From an uncultured Gammaproteobacteria bacterium (GTDB taxonomy: Bacteria; Pseudomonadota; Gammaproteobacteria; JABCZS01): DNA of 64,000 nucleotides. A program made the translations under genes and the position numbers. Numbering within the stretch: the stretch's first letter is position 1; every line of letters starts with the position of its first letter. The notes under the pieces are model-generated. The model worked only from the letters and a program-made list of their open reading frames with translations, searched no databases and had not been told where the DNA came from. Positions 1 through 10,519 of the stretch are shown one piece after another. The DNA lies in the NCBI GenBank assembly GCA_963848305.1, contig CAWKDC010000003.1, positions 96,001-160,000 of the forward strand. Direction: 5' to 3'.

Positions 1-2169
1 TTGAAGAAAGCTGTTTTGTCTGAAGCCATTGATAAAATCCGTGGAGGTGAACAAGTGAAAGATGCAGGTGCTGAAGAAAATCGTCGCGCGCTTGAGCGTT
101 ATACCATCGATTACACAGAAAAAGCCGAGCAAGGCAAACTCGATCCTGTCATTGGGCGAGATGAGATTATTCGCCGGGTGATTCAAGTGTTGCAGCGTCG
201 CACGAAAAATAATCCTGTGTTGATCGGGCAACCCGGTGTGGGTAAAACCGCGATTGTGGAAGGACTCGCACAACGCATTGTGAATGGGGAAGTCCCTGAA
301 GGGTTGAAAGGGAAGCGCCTATTGTCGTTGGATTTGAGTGCATTAATTGCCGGTGCGAAATATCGAGGCGAATTTGAAGAAAGATTGAAAGCAGTGTTGA
401 ATGATTTAAGCAAACAAGAAGGCCAGATCATTTTATTCATTGATGAATTACACACCATGGTAGGTGCGGGCAAAGCAGAAGGCGCGATGGATGCGGGTAA
501 TATGTTGAAGCCAGCCTTGGCGCGCGGGGAATTGCATTGTATCGGCGCAACCACGCTGGATGAATACCGTCAATACGTAGAAAAAGATGCGGCGCTTGAG
601 CGGCGTTTCCAAAAGGTATTGGTGGATCAGCCGAATGTGGAAGATACGATTGCGATTTTGCGGGGATTGAAATCACGCTATGAAGTGCATCATGGCGTCG
701 ATATCACTGATCCAGCGATTGTGGCAGCAGCTACCTTGTCGCATCGTTATATTTCTGATCGTCAATTACCCGATAAAGCGATCGATCTGATCGATGAGGC
801 AGCAAGTAAAATTCGCATGGAAATCGATTCCATGCCGGAAGAAATGGATAAATTGCACCGTCGTGTGATTCAATTAAAAATCGAACGGGAAGCATTGAAA
901 AAAGAATCGGATGAAGCATCAAAAAAGCGTCTTGCTACACTGGAGTCGCAATTGAAAAGTTTGGAAAAAGAATATGCTGATCTCGAAGAAGTATGGAAGA
1001 GTGAAAAGGCTGTTGTGCAAGGAGCCAAGCATATCAAGGAAAAACTGGAGCAAGCGCAAAATGAATTGGAATCTGCAAGGCGCGCTAATGATTTGGCACG
1101 CATGTCAGAATTGCAATACGGCAAAATTCCCGAATTGAATAAGCAATTGGAAATGGCGCAAAATGTGGATCCTTCCAAAATGAAATTGTTGCGCAACTCT
1201 GTCAACGAAGAAGAGGTGGCAGAAGTCGTATCGCGCTGGACGGGCATTCCCGTGTCAAAAATGCTCGAAGGCGAAAAGGAAAAATTATTGCACATGGAAA
1301 AAGCACTGCATGAGCATGTGATTGGGCAAGAAGAAGCAGTGGTTGCTGTGTCCAATGCGATACGACGCTCACGTGCTGGCTTGTCTGATCCCAATCGACC
1401 AATTGGTTCATTTTTATTTTTAGGTGCAACAGGTGTTGGAAAAACAGAATTATGTAAAACGTTGGCGCAGTTTTTATTCGACAGCAAAGATGCAATGATT
1501 CGTATCGACATGTCTGAATACATGGAAAAACATGCAGTCGCACGTTTGATTGGGGCGCCTCCTGGGTATGTCGGATATGATCAAGGTGGGCATTTGACGG
1601 AAGCAGTTCGCCGTCGTCCCTATTCTGTCATATTGTTCGATGAAATTGAAAAAGCGCATCCTGACGTTTTTAATATTTTATTGCAAGTCTTGGACGATGG
1701 ACGGTTAACTGATGGGCAAGGCAGAACAGTTGATTTTAAAAATACCGTGATTGTTATGACGTCGAATTTGGGTTCTGATCTTATTCAAACCATGACACGC
1801 AATAACGAATATGAAGGCATCAAAGAAGCGGTGATGGCCGTGGTTCGTCAGCATTTCAGGCCGGAATTTTTGAACCGTATCGATGAGGCTGTTGTTTTTC
1901 ATCCGTTATCGAAAGAGAATATCAAGAAGATTGCGTTGCTTCAAATGGAAGATTTGCGCAAACGATTAGAATCGCGTGATTTAAAATTGGAGATCACAGA
2001 TGCTGCGCTTGATAAATTGGTGGCACAAGGATTTGATCCGGTGTATGGTGCGAGACCGTTGAAGCGGGCGATTCAATCTAGCATTGAAAATCCTCTGGCC
2101 GAGAAAATCTTGAGTGGGAAATTTTTGCCTGGTCAGACGATTAAATTGGATGCCGGGGATTTGTTGTAG
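1..2169 (+). CDS. clpB: ATP-dependent chaperone ClpB (5' end outside window)
   Basis: Two AAA+ modules ([15 protein letters not shown]; [17 protein letters not shown]), coiled-coil middle domain, C-terminal GARPLKR. Confidence 0.97.
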   Translation: MKKAVLSEAIDKIRGGEQVKDAGAEENRRALERYTIDYTEKAEQGKLDPVIGRDEIIRRVIQVLQRRTKNNPVLIGQPGVGKTAIVEGLAQRIVNGEVPEGLKGKRLLSLDLSALIAGAKYRGEFEERLKAVLNDLSKQEGQIILFIDELHTMVGAGKAEGAMDAGNMLKPALARGELHCIGATTLDEYRQYVEKDAALERRFQKVLVDQPNVEDTIAILRGLKSRYEVHHGVDITDPAIVAAATLSHRYISDRQLPDKAIDLIDEAASKIRMEIDSMPEEMDKLHRRVIQLKIEREALKKESDEASKKRLATLESQLKSLEKEYADLEEVWKSEKAVVQGAKHIKEKLEQAQNELESARRANDLARMSELQYGKIPELNKQLEMAQNVDPSKMKLLRNSVNEEEVAEVVSRWTGIPVSKMLEGEKEKLLHMEKALHEHVIGQEEAVVAVSNAIRRSRAGLSDPNRPIGSFLFLGATGVGKTELCKTLAQFLFDSKDAMIRIDMSEYMEKHAVARLIGAPPGYVGYDQGGHLTEAVRRRPYSVILFDEIEKAHPDVFNILLQVLDDGRLTDGQGRTVDFKNTVIVMTSNLGSDLIQTMTRNNEYEGIKEAVMAVVRQHFRPEFLNRIDEAVVFHPLSKENIKKIALLQMEDLRKRLESRDLKLEITDAALDKLVAQGFDPVYGARPLKRAIQSSIENPLAEKILSGKFLPGQTIKLDAGDLL

Positions 2170-2206
2170 GCTCCTCCCTTGCCCCTTGCCCCGTCATCAA
2201 TGTCAC

Positions 2207-2309
2207 TAAGGCCGCAGGCCTTAAATTTTATAGCCCAGGGTCTAGGTGCGCGTAGCGCACCGTAACCCTGGGTAATAGAACATATAAAATGACAAGCGCT
2301 GAAAGCGCG
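2207..2309. repeat. REP-like multi-hairpin element, single copy of the family amplified at 46.3-47.0 kb
   Basis: taaggccgcaggcctta + tagcccaggg...ggtgcgcgtagcgcacc...ccctgggta + agcgctgaaagcgc; same three-hairpin layout as at 46366-46467; lies between convergent clpB and rplS. Confidence 0.85.
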
Positions 2310-2338
2310 AAAGATATCCGCGTTCGTAGAAAAATTTA

Positions 2339-2722
2339 TTACTCTGCCGCAGGCGCAACCACTTCAATCGCGACTTTCTTAGCCAATTTCTCACGGATAC
2401 GTGCAGACTTACCAGACAGTTCACGGATGTAGTAGATTTTCGCTTTGCGAACATCGCCACGGCGTTTCACTGTGATGGAATTGATGGCTGGGCTATGTGT
2501 TTGGAAAACACGTTCAACGCCTTCGCCGTGCGAAATTTTGCGAACAGTGAATGCAGAGTTCAAGCCGCGGTTGCGCTTGGCAATGACCACGCCTTCAAAT
2601 GCTTGTAAACGGGTGCGTTCGCCTTCTTTGACGGTAACCTGTACAATCACGGTATCGCCAGCAGAGAATGAGGGCACATCGGTTTTCATTTGCTTTTTTT
2701 CAAAAGCTTCAATAATGTTCAT
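2339..2722 (-). CDS. rplS: 50S ribosomal protein L19
   Basis: [40 protein letters not shown]; follows trmD. Confidence 0.98.
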   Translation of the reverse strand: MNIIEAFEKKQMKTDVPSFSAGDTVIVQVTVKEGERTRLQAFEGVVIAKRNRGLNSAFTVRKISHGEGVERVFQTHSPAINSITVKRRGDVRKAKIYYIRELSGKSARIREKLAKKVAIEVVAPAAE

Positions 2723-2726
2723 GGAA

Positions 2727-3467
2727 TCACTCCTTCAAAAATTCATCTAGTAACTGCTGCTCATGCTTGTTTAAGGCATATTGTGCAAACAAATCAGGCC
2801 GCTTGCGATATGTCAGCCCCAACCGTTGCTGTAACCGCCAACGTGCCACCTGGGCATGATCCCCCGTCAATAAGACAGGAGGGACTGACTGGCCATCAAT
2901 CGTTTCTGGCCGGGTGTAGTGGGGGTGGTCCAGCAAGCCTTTGGAAAAAGATTCCACGTCGGCTGACTCACCACATCCTAACACACCTGGCAACAAACGG
3001 ATGATACCATCCATCAGGCACATGGCTGCACATTCCCCGCCGGACAGGACAAAGTCCCCCAGCGAAAGTTCTTCGTCGACATCATGTTCTAACACACGGT
3101 TGTCGATGCCCTCATAACGACCGGCTAATAATACCAGGCGCGGGCATTTTAATAAAGCCTCTATCTTCGTTTGCGTTAAACGCGGACCCTGCGGCGATAA
3201 GTAAATCACCGGAGCCCGAGGTAAATCTTGTTGGGCAGATGCAATCGCCTTACGCAGAGGACCCACTTGCATTACCATGCCGGGGCCGCCGCCATAAGGC
3301 CTGTCATCCACGCTACCGTATGCCGATTCACTGTAATCCCTCGGATTATGGTAAACCACAGAGGCAATACCCTGCGTAAATGCCCGACCAGTCACGCCAT
3401 ACGCTGTGATGGCTTGAAACATCTCGGGGAAGAGCGTTATGATGTCAAACCGCATTATGGTTCCCAC
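2727..3467 (-). CDS. trmD: tRNA (guanine-N1)-methyltransferase TrmD
   Basis: [41 protein letters not shown]. Confidence 0.98.
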   Translation of the reverse strand: MGTIMRFDIITLFPEMFQAITAYGVTGRAFTQGIASVVYHNPRDYSESAYGSVDDRPYGGGPGMVMQVGPLRKAIASAQQDLPRAPVIYLSPQGPRLTQTKIEALLKCPRLVLLAGRYEGIDNRVLEHDVDEELSLGDFVLSGGECAAMCLMDGIIRLLPGVLGCGESADVESFSKGLLDHPHYTRPETIDGQSVPPVLLTGDHAQVARWRLQQRLGLTYRKRPDLFAQYALNKHEQQLLDEFLKE

Positions 3468-3943
3468 TCCACGGTCAACCTGCCTTCCGCAATATTGACA
3501 TCAACCACCACATGGCCAGCAACATAAGGCACCAAACGCTCTGTTTCCCCATCTTTCACGACCATCACGTCGTTAGCGCCTGTCTCAAATAAATGAGACA
3601 CTCGCCCTAAATACATACCTTCAACTGTATAAACAGCTAGGCCCTCTAAATCTGCCCAATAATGCCCCTGTTCAAGTGGGGGCAAATCGGCTCTGTCGAC
3701 CAGGACTTCCGCCCCAACCCAATGCCGCCCTGCCTCAGGGCTATCAATGCCTTTAAGCTTCAACAACAGGCCTTTTGTTTGATACACCTTGGCACTTTCC
3801 AGGTGAAACTGTCCTGTCTCGTTGGGATGCTTGAGCAACCAAGTGGGCAAATGCAATAGATCCTCGGGGTTATCTGCAAAAGGCAAGGCCTTCAGCATAC
3901 CCCGAACGCCATGGACACCGGTGATTTTACCGATGAGCAGCAT
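3455..3943 (-). CDS. rimM: Ribosome maturation factor RimM
   Basis: GKITGVHGVRG, YWADLEGL, ETGANDV; between rpsP and trmD. Confidence 0.96.
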   Translation of the reverse strand: MLLIGKITGVHGVRGMLKALPFADNPEDLLHLPTWLLKHPNETGQFHLESAKVYQTKGLLLKLKGIDSPEAGRHWVGAEVLVDRADLPPLEQGHYWADLEGLAVYTVEGMYLGRVSHLFETGANDVMVVKDGETERLVPYVAGHVVVDVNIAEGRLTVEWEP

Positions 3944-3945
3944 CT

Positions 3946-4215
3946 CTATTTTGCTGCCTCGACCACGGGAGGATTCTTCCGGTAGTCACGCACCAAATCA
4001 CGGACGCGGTCAGTCAATTGAGCGCCAGTGGCGACCCAATGATCCACGCGGGCGATATCCACACGCATGGGGACATCTTTACCAGCCGCAATCGGGTTGA
4101 AAAAGCCGATATGCTCAATGTAGCGACCATCGCGGGCAGCGCGTTGATCAGCCACAACTATATGATAAAACGGGCGTTTTTTAGTGCCGCGCCGAGCTAA
4201 ACGAATTTTGACCAT
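3946..4215 (-). CDS. rpsP: 30S ribosomal protein S16
   Basis: [30 protein letters not shown]; start placed at ATG 4215. Confidence 0.97.
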   Translation of the reverse strand: MVKIRLARRGTKKRPFYHIVVADQRAARDGRYIEHIGFFNPIAAGKDVPMRVDIARVDHWVATGAQLTDRVRDLVRDYRKNPPVVEAAK

Positions 4216-4500
4216 GTTACTCTCTTTATTTACACATACAAACAAGGACCTGACTAGTCCCGAACTCGGCTATTGTACGCATGTTTTGAATAAAAATAAA
4301 CCTTTTTTTGCTGTGCCGTGCTTGACAAGGGTATTTAAGTACAATTTTAAGGACATATACTTAAAAAAGGAAAGTTGTATATTCGACGCATGCCGAAGAA
4401 GGTAGGCAGTTTTGGGAAAAAAAGTATATTACTCAAGGTGGTAGGCTTTAATGCCTATCGGCCTTCAGGATTATTTTAATTGTCACTTCGAATGGATAAC

Positions 4501-5280
4501 TTACTTGATCAGCGATTTTGCGACTCCCCTGGCAATTTTGCTAAAGTTTTTTTCCTTTGTCGCATAAAGGATTTTCCGTGACACACTGATCAGGGCATTT
4601 TTACCGCCGGCTGCCTGGAGACAGGTGGTGTAATCGCCGCCCTGTGTGCCAACGCCTGGGATAAGGAGCAACGCATCCGGTGCCCATTCCCGAACATGAG
4701 ACACGATATCAGGGGAGGTGCCGCCGACCACAAAACCAATGGGGGTGTCTGTGTCGAGCGCTAGCGTCATTTCGACCACATGCTGGTAAAGGGGTTTCCC
4801 GTTAGCCACCAAGTTTTGGAGCGTGCCCGCTCCCGGATTAGAGGTGTGACATAACACAAAAATGCCAGTGTCTTCATAATCTAAATAGGGCTCAATACTG
4901 TCAGGTCCTAAATAAGGATTGACGGTAAGGGCGTCTGCGCCGAACCGGCCAAATGCTTCAACCGCATATTTTTCCGCAGTGGAGCCAATATCGCCCCGCT
5001 TGGCATCGAGAATGATAGGGATGTCGGGATAAAATTCCTTAATGTAATCGATGGTCATTTCCAGTTCATCTTCCGCCCCGACTGCTGCAAAATGGGCAAT
5101 TTGGGGTTTATAAGCGCAGACCAAATCGTGCGTGGCATCAATGATGGCTTGATTGAAGGTAAAAATAGGGTGCTCTTGCGATTGAATGAACTCGGGGAAG
5201 AGATCGGGTTCTGGATCCAGTCCGATGCAAAGCGCGCTGGTTTTCAAGCGGGATTGAAGGTTGTCGGAGAATGCGTTCAT
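4501..5280 (-). CDS. pyrF: Orotidine-5'-phosphate decarboxylase
   Basis: LCIGLDP, ILDAKRGDIGST, TSNPG, LIPGVGTQGG. Confidence 0.95.
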   Translation of the reverse strand: MNAFSDNLQSRLKTSALCIGLDPEPDLFPEFIQSQEHPIFTFNQAIIDATHDLVCAYKPQIAHFAAVGAEDELEMTIDYIKEFYPDIPIILDAKRGDIGSTAEKYAVEAFGRFGADALTVNPYLGPDSIEPYLDYEDTGIFVLCHTSNPGAGTLQNLVANGKPLYQHVVEMTLALDTDTPIGFVVGGTSPDIVSHVREWAPDALLLIPGVGTQGGDYTTCLQAAGGKNALISVSRKILYATKEKNFSKIARGVAKSLIK

Positions 5281-5341
5281 GAATGAAATCCTATTGTAAA
5301 ACCGTATTGTAAAATCCCCCGCGCACTAAGAGCACAGTTTA

Positions 5342-5376
5342 CCCCCGCGAAAGCGGGGGCGCCCCTACAAGGGGGC
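5342..5376. repeat. Two adjacent GC-rich hairpins (REP-like or terminator)
   Basis: cccccgc-gaaa-gcggggg followed by gcccct-acaa-gggggc, downstream of dolP. Confidence 0.5.
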
Positions 5377-5388
5377 TTAAGATGGATA

Positions 5389-6596
<1,208 letters not shown>

Positions 6597-6623
6597 TTAT
6601 AACACAGTGCGCGTGGAAAAATG

Positions 6624-6651
6624 TTGCGTTTCATATTCATCCTGCTATAAT
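6624..6651 (+). promoter_or_regulatory. Putative sigma70 promoter of the TA operon
   Basis: TTGCGT, 16-bp spacer, TATAAT preceded by TGn (extended -10); CACATA repeats just downstream could be an RHH operator. Confidence 0.5.
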
Positions 6652-6731
6652 CACACATAAGCTCATAAACACATACGCGCCTATCTGTTTATTATTTAAT
6701 TAATTGATTTTTATGAGAAAGAGGGAAAATC

Positions 6732-6974
6732 ATGAACGAAACAGTCCGTTGGAATATCGCAGTATCAAAAGACACTGACCGAGCACTCCGAATGCTATTG
6801 GCGAGTCAGGGGGGCGGGAGAAAGGGAGATCTATCGCGTTTTGTCGAGGAGGCGGTTCGTGCACATGTCTTTGAATTAACGGTAGAGCAGATCAAGGCAT
6901 CCAATGCACATATTTCTGAGGAAGATTTGAGCAGCATGGTGGATGAAGCAGTTGATTGGGCGAGAGGGCACTGA
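6732..6974 (+). CDS. Ribbon-helix-helix protein, putative antitoxin
   Basis: N-terminal beta strand TVRWNIAVS followed by helices, GGGRKGDLSRFVEEAV; directly upstream of a PIN gene; RBS GAGGG. Confidence 0.85.
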   Translation: MNETVRWNIAVSKDTDRALRMLLASQGGGRKGDLSRFVEEAVRAHVFELTVEQIKASNAHISEEDLSSMVDEAVDWARGH

Positions 6975-7394
6975 TTGATGCGAGCTGTTTTAGATACGAA
7001 TGTATTATTGAGTGCGCTCATTTCTCCGCATGGCGCGCCAAATGCTATCTACCAAGCTTGGCGAGCAGGAAAATTTGAAGTGATAACTTCAACTACTCAG
7101 CTTGAAGAGTTACGTCGTGCAAGCCGTTACCCAAAATTGAAGGCGATTTTACAGCCATCAAAAGTCGGCACAGTGATACATTATTTGCAGCGTGCCATCG
7201 TGTTGGATAAATATGATCTCGATATTGATACTGCGGATCCCAATGATGCGTTTCTACTGGGTATGTCGATTGCGGGGGACGCGGATTATTTGGTGACAGG
7301 CGATCACCGCTCAGGTTTGCTTCAAAAAGGGAAAGTAGAAAGGGTTGCGATCGTAACTCCTACAACATTTATTCAAAGAATAACGCGAAATTGA
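6975..7394 (+). CDS. PIN-domain toxin (VapC-like)
   Basis: RAVLDTNVLLSAL, EEL, DPNDAFLL, ADYLVTGD. Confidence 0.9.
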   Translation: MMRAVLDTNVLLSALISPHGAPNAIYQAWRAGKFEVITSTTQLEELRRASRYPKLKAILQPSKVGTVIHYLQRAIVLDKYDLDIDTADPNDAFLLGMSIAGDADYLVTGDHRSGLLQKGKVERVAIVTPTTFIQRITRN

Positions 7395-7458
7395 TATATT
7401 TAATCATGCTCATTAAAACAACCGTATTGTTTTCTCATAGCAAATCTGTTAACTTGCA

Positions 7459-9441
7459 ATGGTAGTTCAACAAACATGCCGTGGGAGCAAACAAGTGTTT
7501 AGTTTTCTTTCCAACAATAACCCTAGCAGTCAACCAGGTAAATCAACCAGTGAAGTTCAGACGCCACAGGTTACTCCACCCAGTGATCATTCGCAGTTGG
7601 CTTTATCAGCGCAGTTTGAACTCCTTCTTAGAATCAATGTCGAACAATTAGATAATAATAGGCTAATATCGATATTAACTGAATATCAAGCTTCTAAAGA
7701 TTTTGATTTGGTTCTTTTGTACGTGAACGCGGTATATAATATTCAAAAAGCTGGACTACAAGGTTCTAAAAATCCCTTAATGGTTTTGATGAACAAAGTT
7801 GTTGGTGAGATTGCGCTCGCATTAAAAGAAGTGGATGATCCGGCTTTATTGCCTTTGAAAAAAATATTCACGGATGGAAATGCAAATGCTAAAACGGGAG
7901 CTTCTATTCGCCACAATCCTGTCACTTGCGTCATCTTTTTTTGTAATGCGATTTTCAAAATCGAAAACGCTAAGAAAAGAGAAACAGCACGGGCTCATCT
8001 TGAGAATTTGCTTTATATATTGAATGACAGCTTCAATGCTTTTTTTTACTCAACCGATCTGATCAAATTCATTAACAGTGCTATCCAAACATGGCAAGGA
8101 GTGGTGCTCGATGAAGCGGAAAAGGAGAAAGTAAAATTAGTAACAGAAAGAGACAGGCTGGCTCAGGAAAATAGAAATGTCGTTGAAGAAAAAGAGAGAC
8201 TGATAAAAGAAAATCAGGCCCTCAAAGAAGAGAGTATGTCTGGAAGAACATCATTTGCTGCCAGGGCGGAAAAAGGAAAGCCTGGCAACAATCCTATTCA
8301 TGATAGGCTCGCCATGGAAGCCTATTGGTCGAGACCTTTGCTGACATTGCTTGAGCTTATCGCGGTTCAATATCAATATGAGATGTTTTTTGTTGAGAGG
8401 AAAGCAGACCTTGAAATGGCGCATAGAAACAAAAATGGATCATTGAATGGTTATCAAAAGCCGAAAAAAATGTCTGAATTATTGTCAGCATGCGCTAAAC
8501 AACTCGTGGATAAGATCAAAACAGTTGAAGAGATTACCCAATTTATTGAGACGCATCCTGACCTTAAAAATCTTGATCTTGCAAAACGTATTCAAGTAGC
8601 CAGACGTGACAATTTCCTGGGGCAGCGTGGTCCAATCAATCAGGATGTGGAAGACCCTTTGCCGGGTGTGACAGTCCCAGACGATAAAATTGAAGATAAA
8701 GCGTATGTGAAGGGGTTGTACGCGAAATTATCTCGCATATCGAATATGTTCGGTAATAAAGAAAATAGTGGTTTATTGCCCTATGACGAAGTAGCCTCCA
8801 AAAAGTATGAGGGGTACGCTTTGGCGATTGAAAAGATGTTTCCATATGTTGTGTCTATAGACGATAACACGGATATCATGGCCTTGAAGGGTGTTTTAGA
8901 CATACCTTTATTGGCCTTATTGTATGCGATTAACATTCAATACCGTCATCAATGCATGCTGGTTGAAAAGCGCGGAAATGATGGAGTGTTATCTCAAAAG
9001 CTGAGCACGCTGGCAACAGAGTTGATCACAGAAACAAAAACGGTTGAAGACGGTGTTTTAACCATCACACAGGATAATGATCTGAAAAGCTTGGGTTTAA
9101 TTCACCAAATGGAAACATTCAAGGCTAGGCTGGAAGCTCTGGATAAAGCTGATGCTGATCAAGTGAAAAAATCAAGCAAGAAGCAGCCGACTCTTTGGAA
9201 GTGTACCCCTATTTTAGGAGTCGCTCTTGACGAGGGTAGGAAGAGAGATGAACAGTATATAGTATTGATGCATCGAAAGCTGTTGTGCATTGCGAGCATG
9301 TGTCGCAATCAAGGAGATAATTGCTTGCTACCTTTGAATGAAGCGTTAGCTATGCAGTATGAGGGATATGTTGAAAATTTAACCATACAGTGTTCTGATT
9401 TGGATAAAATTATTAAATCGAACCCTGGTAAGAGAAAGTAA
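7459..9441 (+). CDS. Hypothetical helical/coiled-coil protein with an internal ~185-aa duplication (effector-like); true start possibly GTG 7495
   Basis: Long ORF, coiled coil EKEKVKLVTERDRLAQENRNVVEEKERLIKENQALKEE, duplicated C-terminal unit; no family recognised. Confidence 0.75.
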   Translation: MVVQQTCRGSKQVFSFLSNNNPSSQPGKSTSEVQTPQVTPPSDHSQLALSAQFELLLRINVEQLDNNRLISILTEYQASKDFDLVLLYVNAVYNIQKAGLQGSKNPLMVLMNKVVGEIALALKEVDDPALLPLKKIFTDGNANAKTGASIRHNPVTCVIFFCNAIFKIENAKKRETARAHLENLLYILNDSFNAFFYSTDLIKFINSAIQTWQGVVLDEAEKEKVKLVTERDRLAQENRNVVEEKERLIKENQALKEESMSGRTSFAARAEKGKPGNNPIHDRLAMEAYWSRPLLTLLELIAVQYQYEMFFVERKADLEMAHRNKNGSLNGYQKPKKMSELLSACAKQLVDKIKTVEEITQFIETHPDLKNLDLAKRIQVARRDNFLGQRGPINQDVEDPLPGVTVPDDKIEDKAYVKGLYAKLSRISNMFGNKENSGLLPYDEVASKKYEGYALAIEKMFPYVVSIDDNTDIMALKGVLDIPLLALLYAINIQYRHQCMLVEKRGNDGVLSQKLSTLATELITETKTVEDGVLTITQDNDLKSLGLIHQMETFKARLEALDKADADQVKKSSKKQPTLWKCTPILGVALDEGRKRDEQYIVLMHRKLLCIASMCRNQGDNCLLPLNEALAMQYEGYVENLTIQCSDLDKIIKSNPGKRK

Positions 9442-9466
9442 CCATTGATGATTGTAGGAGTTCAAT

Positions 9467-9970
9467 ATGGCGAGAAAAACAGCTTATAGTGCTTTCGGGA
9501 TGCCCTGGTATTATTATGTCGGCGTGCTGGTTGTTTGTGGTGCAGGATGGGCGATTGCATCACAAGTGGAGATGTTTGAGTTGCCCTGGAAAGAGACAGC
9601 AGTCGTATCATCGCTGGCGGCATTCGTGTTAGTGTGTCTCCCTGCCTTTTGGGTATTTGTTAAGGGGTGCTTTTCTAAGTGGGGAAAGAATAATGACAAC
9701 CTGGATTTTTCTTTCACAACGCCGGAGGCTCCGTCTAACAGCGCCAACCCTGTTGCAGCTCCAGCGCATGGTTTCAAAACGCCTATTCTGGGTCAGAACG
9801 TTAGGCCTGAAGTTCCTGGTTCCGAAAGTGACAGAATAATAAGAAGAAAAGATAGGGACGAAGATGATGACGATACTGCGAGCAACACTAGTCATCAATC
9901 GATAGAGGATGATGACAATCCGGATGACTCGAGTGGTATATTACAGCATACTTCCCGAAATACTAATTAA
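9467..9970 (+). CDS. Hypothetical membrane protein with acidic low-complexity tail
   Basis: RBS AGGAG, two hydrophobic segments, D/E/S-rich C-terminus. Confidence 0.7.
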   Translation: MARKTAYSAFGMPWYYYVGVLVVCGAGWAIASQVEMFELPWKETAVVSSLAAFVLVCLPAFWVFVKGCFSKWGKNNDNLDFSFTTPEAPSNSANPVAAPAHGFKTPILGQNVRPEVPGSESDRIIRRKDRDEDDDDTASNTSHQSIEDDDNPDDSSGILQHTSRNTN

Positions 9971-9977
9971 TAAGCTT

Positions 9978-10481
9978 TTACGACCGCAATCTCCCCAATT
10001 GCAGCCCAATCAATACGGCTGCAAAGGATTTTTCGGGGTTGACGTTGGCGATGCCTATCAAACCGAGGCCAATGTTTTTGTGGGGCGTCCAGAATATTTG
10101 AGATTCCAGCGGGTAGCCGAGTAGGGAATAGTTGTCGACCACGGTACTGGCCAGGCCTACGGAGGCTGATCCTAAAAAGACATCCGTCTTATACATAAAG
10201 CCGTAGAGCAGGCCGATGTCTTGTCCTTGGATGCCATGATCGCCATCAGGGTACAGATAGAAAACACTCGCATTGACAGATGTCGCGCGCAGCGTGACGA
10301 GTTGGTTGGGGAAAGTGGACATATTCACGCTGACTTCAAAGCCAGAGCCGGCTTGTTCATCCTGCAGGGGAATGCTTTCATCAAACACTGTGCCATACCC
10401 CGCCCCAAGGTTCACCCAAAAAGTTTGAGCTAGAAGAGACAAAGGAAATAACAGCATGGATATTAAGAATGAATGGCGCAT
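9978..10481 (-). CDS. Putative small outer-membrane beta-barrel protein
   Basis: Signal peptide (..PLSLLA), alternating Gly/aromatic beta strands, C-terminal LIGLQLG. Confidence 0.65.
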   Translation of the reverse strand: MRHSFLISMLLFPLSLLAQTFWVNLGAGYGTVFDESIPLQDEQAGSGFEVSVNMSTFPNQLVTLRATSVNASVFYLYPDGDHGIQGQDIGLLYGFMYKTDVFLGSASVGLASTVVDNYSLLGYPLESQIFWTPHKNIGLGLIGIANVNPEKSFAAVLIGLQLGRLRS

Positions 10482-10519
10482 GGAACGTCTCCCTGTTCGG
10501 CAGATCGTATCATAGCGGA

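Noticed and set aside
4322-4345. TTGACA...TACAAT promoter on + strand
   Set aside because: Spacer is only 12 bp and no credible gene follows
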